64,000 bases of DNA from Sphingomicrobium sp. (GTDB lineage: Bacteria; Pseudomonadota; Alphaproteobacteria; Sphingomonadales; Sphingomonadaceae): NCBI GenBank assembly GCA_035537335.1, contig DATLMM010000063.1, positions 1,576 through 65,575 on the forward strand, given 5' to 3'. Below the pieces are notes generated by a model, which was given only the letters and a program-made list of their open reading frames with translations, did not search any database and was not told where the DNA came from. How positions within the stretch are numbered: the first letter of the stretch is position 1; every line of letters starts with the position of its first letter. Position numbers and translations under genes: made by a program. This document shows positions 58,102-64,000 of the stretch, piece by piece.

Positions 58102-58504
58102 TCAGAACCGATCCTAGGCCTCGTTGCCGACCAAGCCAGGCTTCGACACTCCCCTCTTTCTGGCAAGCACCAGCAACTCATCGACCATGCGGTATGAAGC
58201 TTGGGCGTGCGGGGTCGGTACGGTTCGGGAGCGAGCGGAAGCCGGTAATTGCCTCCAGCAATCGACTAAGCTCCGATTGGGACCGCTTACCGGTTCCGAT
58301 GAATAATCCTCACGGTCGAGTTCCTAAACAAGCGTTTCCAGCGGGGAGGACGAGCGTCGCCGCCTGGGCCTGCACGGTGATGACGAGCATAATGGTGAAC
58401 ACAAGCATGACAACGATGAGCGGCGTCGTCTTGATCTCCGGTATGAGAGGGGTTCGGGTGAGTGATTCATTCTGGCCGTGGCGAGCACTCGGCGGACGTA
58501 ACAA
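58102..58504 (-). pseudogene. exbD: Degraded third exbD copy
   Basis: EIKTTPLIVVMLVFTIMLVIT at the 5' end and YRMVDELLVLARKRGVSKPGLVGNEA*DRF* at the 3' end align with intact ExbD at 58605-59036; internal stops. Confidence 0.78.
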
Positions 58505-58536
58505 TGAAGCCTGATCGGCCGCGAATACTTGCAAGC

Positions 58537-58571
58537 AAAAAATGGGGCGGCTCCGTGCAAGAGCCGCCCCA
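58537..58571 (-). terminator. Intrinsic terminator of tonB-exbBD operon
   Basis: Minus strand TGGGGCGGCTC-N7-GAGCCGCCCCA-TTTTTT. Confidence 0.8.
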
Positions 58572-58604
58572 GGCGCTTCGGGTAATCGAGCCCCGAAAGA
58601 AGCT

Positions 58605-59036
58605 TTAGAACTTGGAGTAAGCCTCGTTGCCGACGAAGCCCATCTTATCCACCCGGGCCTGCTTGGTCACTACCAGCACCTGATCAACCAGCTCGTAACG
58701 GGCTTCCGGCTCCGGTTGCAGGTGCAGTTCCGGCGTTGGATTCATTTGCTGGGTCTGGTCTAGGAACTGGCGCAGCTGCACCAGATTCACTGGGGAGCCA
58801 TTCCACAGCACCGCGCCACCCGCCGTCACGACGATCTTGTTCTTGACCGGATCGATCGGCGGAGGAGTATTCTGTTGGTTCTGCTGCGGCAGATCAAGTT
58901 TCACCGCGTGGGTCTGCACCGGAATGGTGATGATCAACATGATAATCAACACCAGCATAACGTCGATGAGCGGAGTCGTATTGATCTCCATCATCGGTTC
59001 GCCTTCGGTATTATTGCTGGTCGTTTGCATCGCCAT
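58605..59036 (-). CDS. exbD: Biopolymer transport protein ExbD
   Basis: EINTTPLIDVMLVLIIMLII. Confidence 0.93.
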   Translation of the reverse strand: MAMQTTSNNTEGEPMMEINTTPLIDVMLVLIIMLIITIPVQTHAVKLDLPQQNQQNTPPPIDPVKNKIVVTAGGAVLWNGSPVNLVQLRQFLDQTQQMNPTPELHLQPEPEARYELVDQVLVVTKQARVDKMGFVGNEAYSKF

Positions 59037-59069
59037 GGCTGGCGTTTCCTTTCGTAGCGACCCTGTTCT

Positions 59070-59558
59070 TTAAAGACGGGTAACGGTGGAGCCTGGGGGT
59101 GGTTCGGAGACGAAGCCGACCCGGGCAAAACCCGCCCGCTGCATGGTGAAGATCGCGCCGCCGATGCACCTGTAGGGAGTATTGATGTCCCCCCGGATGT
59201 GCGCTTCGGGCATGGTTTCTTCCGTCAGGTTTTCCGCGCCGCCGGCCGCCTTAACGGCTTCCTCGAGCTTCTTCACCGAACGGTCGAGCAGTTCGTCCGA
59301 GCTGACGGGGGTCATGCCCCAATACACCTCGCAGGTGCCGCCCTCCCCTGCGCGGACCGTCATGTCCACGTTCTCCGGCTTGGTTTCACGCGCTTCGTAT
59401 ACCGTCTTCGGCAGCGCGATCGGAATGGTTTCGACCACCACCGGAACGGCGATCAGGAAGATGATCAGGAGCACCAGCATCACGTCGACCAGCGGCGTGG
59501 TGTTGATGTCCGACATGGGGACGTCTTCGCCCTCTTCCTTGCCTACGCTCATTGCCAT
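59070..59558 (-). CDS. exbD: Biopolymer transport protein ExbD
   Basis: DINTTPLVDVMLVLLIIFLI, HIRGD. Confidence 0.93.
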   Translation of the reverse strand: MAMSVGKEEGEDVPMSDINTTPLVDVMLVLLIIFLIAVPVVVETIPIALPKTVYEARETKPENVDMTVRAGEGGTCEVYWGMTPVSSDELLDRSVKKLEEAVKAAGGAENLTEETMPEAHIRGDINTPYRCIGGAIFTMQRAGFARVGFVSEPPPGSTVTRL

Positions 59559-59629
59559 GGAATCAAGGCTTCCTTCAGCTTGAGAGACTGGACCGGCGGC
59601 GTCCTGCCACCGGTCCATCCATTGCTACG

Positions 59630-60484
59630 TTAGCGGCGATCAACCGTAGTGGTGCCAGTGCCACCGGCCTGCTGGCCAGTGGAGGTCTGACCAGCCGTCA
59701 GCGGCTGGGTACCAGCCGGCGTCGGAGCGCTGCCCGAGCGGGTCTGAGCACCACGAGCAACCGACGAAGAACCGGCAGCAGCGGCGCCAGCAGCGCCCAT
59801 GTTCGGCTTAACCTTGCCTTCCGACATGATGTAGCCGTGCAGGTCGTTGGTGAAGGCCGCGAGGTCCTCCATGATCGACTTGTTGCGGCGGATCAGCCAG
59901 TTGTAGGCGAGCACGGCCGGGACCGCGACGACCAGACCAAGTGCGGTCATGATCAGCGCTTCGCCAACCGGACCGGCAACCACCGAGATGGAGGCCTGGC
60001 CCGACGCACCGATCTTGATCAGCGCGCGGTAGATGCCGACCACCGTACCGAACAGACCGATGAACGGAGCCGTCGAACCAACGGTCGCGAGGAACGCGAG
60101 TCCCTCACCGAGACGGGCGCCGATGCCGCCCTGCGAGCGAGCGAGCGAGTTGGCCATCCAGTCGTGCTGGTCGATCGGGTTGGTCAACTTGCCATGCTGG
60201 TCCTGCGCAACCAGCGTGTCATCCACGATCGCGCGATAGGCGCTCTTCTGATCGAGCTTGCTCGCCGCATCACGAAGATTGGGCGAATTCCAGAAGCTCG
60301 ACCGGACCTTGCGACCCTGGCTGATGATCTTCTGCTGCTCAAACATCTTGGTGAAGAGAATGTAGAAAGTGCCGACGGACATCGCCACCAGGACGATGAA
60401 GGTGGCCCAGGAGATGACACCGCCCTCGTTGAGGGCCTGCATCAGGCCATAGGGGCTTTCGCCGGCGGGTGCTGGAGCTGCCAT
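59630..60484 (-). CDS. exbB: MotA/TolQ/ExbB proton channel
   Basis: LATVGSTAPFIGLFGTV, EALIMTALGL. Confidence 0.93.
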   Translation of the reverse strand: MAAPAPAGESPYGLMQALNEGGVISWATFIVLVAMSVGTFYILFTKMFEQQKIISQGRKVRSSFWNSPNLRDAASKLDQKSAYRAIVDDTLVAQDQHGKLTNPIDQHDWMANSLARSQGGIGARLGEGLAFLATVGSTAPFIGLFGTVVGIYRALIKIGASGQASISVVAGPVGEALIMTALGLVVAVPAVLAYNWLIRRNKSIMEDLAAFTNDLHGYIMSEGKVKPNMGAAGAAAAGSSSVARGAQTRSGSAPTPAGTQPLTAGQTSTGQQAGGTGTTTVDRR

Positions 60485-60534
60485 AGTGTTCGTCTTTCCT
60501 CGTTAGAGCTGGTGCTGTTTCAGGGGGTTGAGGA

Positions 60535-61215
60535 TTAATCTTCCGGAAGGACCCAGCGAATACGCGCTGAATCCGAGTCGGCGATCGCTTGGCCGTTCTG
60601 GTCCTTGGCCGGGGTGTAACGAGCCCGCGCCCGGATAATCCGGCAAGTGGCATTGTCGAGCGACGAGGAGCCGCTGGAAGCAGTTACCGTGCAGCCGCTG
60701 ACCCGGCCGCTGCCATCGATGGTCAGGCGAACGGCCGTCGTCCCCTGGTCCTCATTGCGGATCGCATCCTGCGGATAGTCGTCCGTAGAGAACAGACCAG
60801 GGAGCGAACCCCGAGCCTTCGCGGCCTGGCTGACCCGCGGCACTGGCGGCGGAGGAGGCGGCGCCGGCGGTGCGGGCGGGGCCGGAACCGCGCGCGGCGT
60901 GATCACCACGGGCGGGGCAACCGGTGCAGTCTGGATCTGCGGCGTCTGAACGTTGCTCCGGACCAGCGGCGGCGGCGAGACGACCGGCGGCGGCGGGGTT
61001 TCCGGAACATTCTCCGGCGGGGGTGGCGGTTCTTCCTCGGGGGGCGGCGGTTCGTCCTCGACGTCGAAGGTCTTCAGATCCTCCGCCGCCTTCTTGATTA
61101 CGTTGTAGGCGAGGCCGGTAACCAGAGCATACCCCAGCAGCACGTGCAGGAGCGCGACGATGATAACCGCCACCGTCCGGTTCGAACTCATTTGCCTGCG
61201 ATTGGCGTAAGACAT
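60535..61215 (-). CDS. tonB: Energy transducer TonB
   Basis: TM helix with His, Pro-rich linker, YP..A..QG, SSGSSSLD. Confidence 0.92.
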   Translation of the reverse strand: MSYANRRQMSSNRTVAVIIVALLHVLLGYALVTGLAYNVIKKAAEDLKTFDVEDEPPPPEEEPPPPPENVPETPPPPVVSPPPLVRSNVQTPQIQTAPVAPPVVITPRAVPAPPAPPAPPPPPPVPRVSQAAKARGSLPGLFSTDDYPQDAIRNEDQGTTAVRLTIDGSGRVSGCTVTASSGSSSLDNATCRIIRARARYTPAKDQNGQAIADSDSARIRWVLPED

Positions 61216-61405
61216 CCTGCCGCAATTCTCCTTAAGCGGGCTCCGGGACCTGACCCGGCGAAAGCAGCAAAACAAGCGCCGCTCCGACAGGCAAGGGTTG
61301 CCAAGGTATCAACATATCATTGGCAGTCCGGCGCGCTTCCTTAATGTGGCCTCAATGGCGGTGCAATGATATTGTTCCGCCCCTGCAAGCAATCGGGAGC
61401 AACCG

Positions 61406-61834
61406 TCAGGGCGCCGATCCTTGAAAGGAGGCAAGCTCCACGCCGACGCCCCGGGCATTCGGGTAGACGTCCGGCTTGCAACTTGCCACCCGAATGGCCC
61501 GAACTCCACCCCGTGCAGCAATCCATTGGTAGATTTCAGCCACAAAGGTTTCCTGCAGATTGTACCGGCGGGCACTGGCGATCCGCTCGATCTCCTGTCG
61601 GAGATGGTCGTAATTCCAGGCGTTGGCCGCATTGTCGCCGGCCGGCATGGAGTTGTCCTCCAGCCAGATTTCGACATTGACCAGCAGCCTTTGCGGATTG
61701 CCGACTTCGAAATCGTGAAAACCGATGTCGACCGTCACTGCCAGCGAGTCGAGCTGGATCCGGGTGGAGCGCACCGTCAGCGAATCAGGCACCATGCCAT
61801 CGAGGCGCGGCTTAAATGATAGAATGTCGGTCAA
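61406..61834 (-). CDS. folB: Dihydroneopterin aldolase
   Basis: DIGFHDFE..PQRL, NYD, YNLQET, KPDVY..GVGVE. Confidence 0.85.
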   Translation of the reverse strand: MTDILSFKPRLDGMVPDSLTVRSTRIQLDSLAVTVDIGFHDFEVGNPQRLLVNVEIWLEDNSMPAGDNAANAWNYDHLRQEIERIASARRYNLQETFVAEIYQWIAARGGVRAIRVASCKPDVYPNARGVGVELASFQGSAP

Positions 61835-61849
61835 ATGGTCCTGCCATCA

Positions 61850-62569
61850 TCAAAGGTCGAGGAACTGAACGTCGCGCGGTAGGGCCAGGAAGCGCTGCCC
61901 GCCGTCAAGGGTCAGCACCTCGCCGGTGATCGCTACCGAGTCCAGCAGAAAGCGGATGGCAGCAGCGATGTCCCCCGGATCGACGCCACGCCTGAGTGGA
62001 TTGAGGACGTGAGCACGCGCGAAGTTCTCGGACGTTTGCCCATCGGATTGAAGCATCAGCGCCGGAGCAATCCCGTTCACGCGAATACCCTGCCCCGCCA
62101 ACGCGCGAGCTGAAACCTCGGTCAGTGCGGCCAGTGCCGCCTTGGACAAGGTGTAGCTCAGGAAGTCCGGATTGGGAGCGACGAGCTTCGCATCGAGTAT
62201 GTTGACGATCAGCCGATCGCCCGCCTCTTCCGCTCGCGCGAAGGCGCCCGTAAGCAGTGCTGGCGCCTGCACGTTTACGGCCATGTGCGCTGCGAACTCC
62301 GCTGGAGAAAAGCCGTGCAGATCGTCGTGCGCGAAGCGCGCAGCGTTGTTGACCAGCAGCTGTGGTGCAGCCGGACAAGCCGCGACGATCCGTTCTCCGC
62401 AGTCTGGTGAGGCGAGATCAACCGCCAGCTTGATCGCGCCATGTGGCACCTTGTCATCGTCGCGATGAACATGAGCGATCACTGTCCAGCCGGCCTCCTG
62501 CAGGTCTTCGGCGATAACCCGGCCAACCCGCTTGCCGGCTCCCGTAACGATGGCGATGCGCTGCTCCAT
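61850..62569 (-). CDS. SDR oxidoreductase, pteridine-reductase/FolM-like
   Basis: TGAGKRVG, NNAA, YTLSK; upstream of folB. Confidence 0.85.
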   Translation of the reverse strand: MEQRIAIVTGAGKRVGRVIAEDLQEAGWTVIAHVHRDDDKVPHGAIKLAVDLASPDCGERIVAACPAAPQLLVNNAARFAHDDLHGFSPAEFAAHMAVNVQAPALLTGAFARAEEAGDRLIVNILDAKLVAPNPDFLSYTLSKAALAALTEVSARALAGQGIRVNGIAPALMLQSDGQTSENFARAHVLNPLRRGVDPGDIAAAIRFLLDSVAITGEVLTLDGGQRFLALPRDVQFLDL

Positions 62570-62622
62570 GACGCAAACTCCTGCCTTGCGCGGCAGGCCG
62601 GTGCAATGACAGAGGGACAACC

Positions 62623-63180
62623 ATGCCCGAAAGTCGCGAACCCATCCGTGTTGCCGGACAAAGCTTAGCGGAGATCGCCCTGGCGCTGGCCGAACGGCGA
62701 TTGCCGCCCGTCGAGCAGTGGCAGCCTCTCCACTGCGGGCATTCGGAAATGCGTATAGCAAAGGACGGTCGCTGGTATCACCAGGGCGCACCCATCGATC
62801 GACCGGCGATGGTCCGTCTCTTTTCCACCATTCTTCGCCGCGAGCCGGACGGCAGCCATGTGCTCGTGACGCCCGGAGAGAAGCTGACGATCGACGTCGA
62901 GCTTGCCGCCTTTGTTGTCACGGCCATGACCAGCGAGGGGGAAGGGACACGGCGGAGGATCGCCTTCGAGCTCAACAGCGGAGACGCGGTGATCCTTGGA
63001 CCCGAACACCCGCTTCGGCTGACGGCTGAAGGCGTGCCGCTGGTCGTCGTTCGCCGTGGACTGGAAGGAAGTTTGAGTCGGCCGGTCTACTACGAGATTG
63101 CCGAGCTTGCGCTGACCGAGGACGCGGAGGCGCCTGGTGTCTGGAGCGATGGGGCGTTCTTCTCGCTGGAACAGGCATGA
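62623..63180 (+). CDS. DUF1285-like protein
   Basis: PPVEQWQP..CG, DGRWYHQG, RLFSTILR, LVTPGEK. Confidence 0.85.
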   Translation: MPESREPIRVAGQSLAEIALALAERRLPPVEQWQPLHCGHSEMRIAKDGRWYHQGAPIDRPAMVRLFSTILRREPDGSHVLVTPGEKLTIDVELAAFVVTAMTSEGEGTRRRIAFELNSGDAVILGPEHPLRLTAEGVPLVVVRRGLEGSLSRPVYYEIAELALTEDAEAPGVWSDGAFFSLEQA

Positions 63181-63761
63181 AGCTGAGGGATCGACTGCGG
63201 GCCGCGCTCACCCGTCCTGCACCTGGCAACTTACTGCCAGGCGACCTGCTTGAGGGTGACCACACGGAAGCGCGAGCCGCCGCCGTGCTGGTCGCGATTA
63301 CCCGTCGGCCCGAACCGGGAGTTCTTCTGACCGTGCGCCGCGAGCACCTGCGCACTCACGCGGGGCAAGTCGCGTTTCCCGGCGGCAGGGTCGATCCGGA
63401 GGACGCCGACTTCGCGGCCGCTGCCCTTCGAGAGGCGGATGAAGAGCTTGGCCTCTCGCCTCGCGATGTAGAGGTTTGGGGGACGGCCGACCCATACCGC
63501 ACGATCACCGGCTACCAAGTTACCCCGGTGCTCGGCGAAGTGCCGCCGGACCTGCCGCTCTCTCCTCATGAGCATGAGGTTGCCGACTGGTTCGAAGCCC
63601 CTCTCGACTTCCTGCTGGATCCCGCCAACCAGCGTGCGGTCGAGACCGAGTTTCAAGGACGAACGCGATCCTATTACCAGATCGATTGGGAAGGCCGCCG
63701 AGTGTGGGGAGCAACGGCCGCCATGCTGGTCAATCTCACCAGGAGACTGGCATGGAGCTGA
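63177..63761 (+). CDS. Nudix CoA pyrophosphatase
   Basis: HAGQVAFPGG, AALREADEELGL (Nudix box), VWGATA. Confidence 0.92.
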   Translation: MKLRDRLRAALTRPAPGNLLPGDLLEGDHTEARAAAVLVAITRRPEPGVLLTVRREHLRTHAGQVAFPGGRVDPEDADFAAAALREADEELGLSPRDVEVWGTADPYRTITGYQVTPVLGEVPPDLPLSPHEHEVADWFEAPLDFLLDPANQRAVETEFQGRTRSYYQIDWEGRRVWGATAAMLVNLTRRLAWS

Positions 63762-64000
63762 CGCCGCTGGAAGAGCTGTCGGCCCGGCCAGGTATGGCGG
63801 GCTTGCTGCAGGCGTTGAAGCCGCGAAGCAGCCGGTTCGTCGGCGGCGCGGTTCGCGACGGCCTGCTGGGCTTGCCGGTTCAGGACATCGACCTTGCGAC
63901 GGAGCTAACCCCGTACGAAGTCATGCGCCGCTGCGGCGCTTGCGGGATCCGAACCGTCCCGACCGGGATTGAGCATGGCACCGTGACGGCGATCGTCGAA
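63752..64000 (+). CDS. cca: CCA tRNA nucleotidyltransferase (partial, runs off window end)
   Basis: From ATG 63752: RFVGGAVRDGLLG..DIDLAT..PTGIEHGTVT. Confidence 0.9.
   Translation, partial: MELTPLEELSARPGMAGLLQALKPRSSRFVGGAVRDGLLGLPVQDIDLATELTPYEVMRRCGACGIRTVPTGIEHGTVTAIVE

Noticed and set aside
58310-58534. 74-aa ORF as a functional mini-ExbD
   Set aside because: Lacks the transmembrane Asp, and the rest of the gene follows with stops; treated as a pseudogene.
59589-59617. Hairpin TGGACCGG-N13-CCGGTCCA between exbB and exbD
   Set aside because: No U-tract and single copy; at most an mRNA stability element, so not called.
1-64000. tRNA, rRNA, IS elements, prophage, CRISPR arrays, attachment-site repeats around the two accessory loci
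   Set aside because: None recognised by eye; short direct repeats could have been missed without computation.

Overview
GC-rich alphaproteobacterial chromosome segment, most consistent with a sphingomonad (inferred from gene content and order). The backbone is housekeeping: secA (partial), trxA-addA-addB-murU-amgK-tsaE-divL, ahcY, asd, ffh-rpsP-rimM-trmD-rplS, dapF-mtaB-ftsY, phaZ, tonB-exbB-exbD-exbD, folB and cca (partial). Two accessory loci stand out. (1) At 33.2-35.5 kb, between asd and rplS, a candidate RiPP-like cluster: a 60-aa peptide whose C-terminal half has Lys at every 4th position (K-[L/V/I]-G-x repeats), directly followed by an HExxH-motif enzyme, with a divergent ATP-grasp protein. 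(2) At 13.2-24.0 kb, between divL and ahcY, two paralogous TonB-dependent receptors that share an upstream DNA module, plus a TPR protein, a TPR-sulfotransferase and a Sel1/prolyl-4-hydroxylase-like enzyme. Smaller signals: a palindromic repeat read in frame inside mtaB with an intergenic sibling copy, a 17-codon sORF with a near-perfect Shine-Dalgarno after phaZ, a decayed third exbD copy, an internally deleted catalase-like pseudogene, a SahR-like operator upstream of ahcY and several EcfG-type promoter motifs. No rRNA, tRNA, CRISPR array or transposase was recognised. All calls come from motif recognition by eye; no searches were run.
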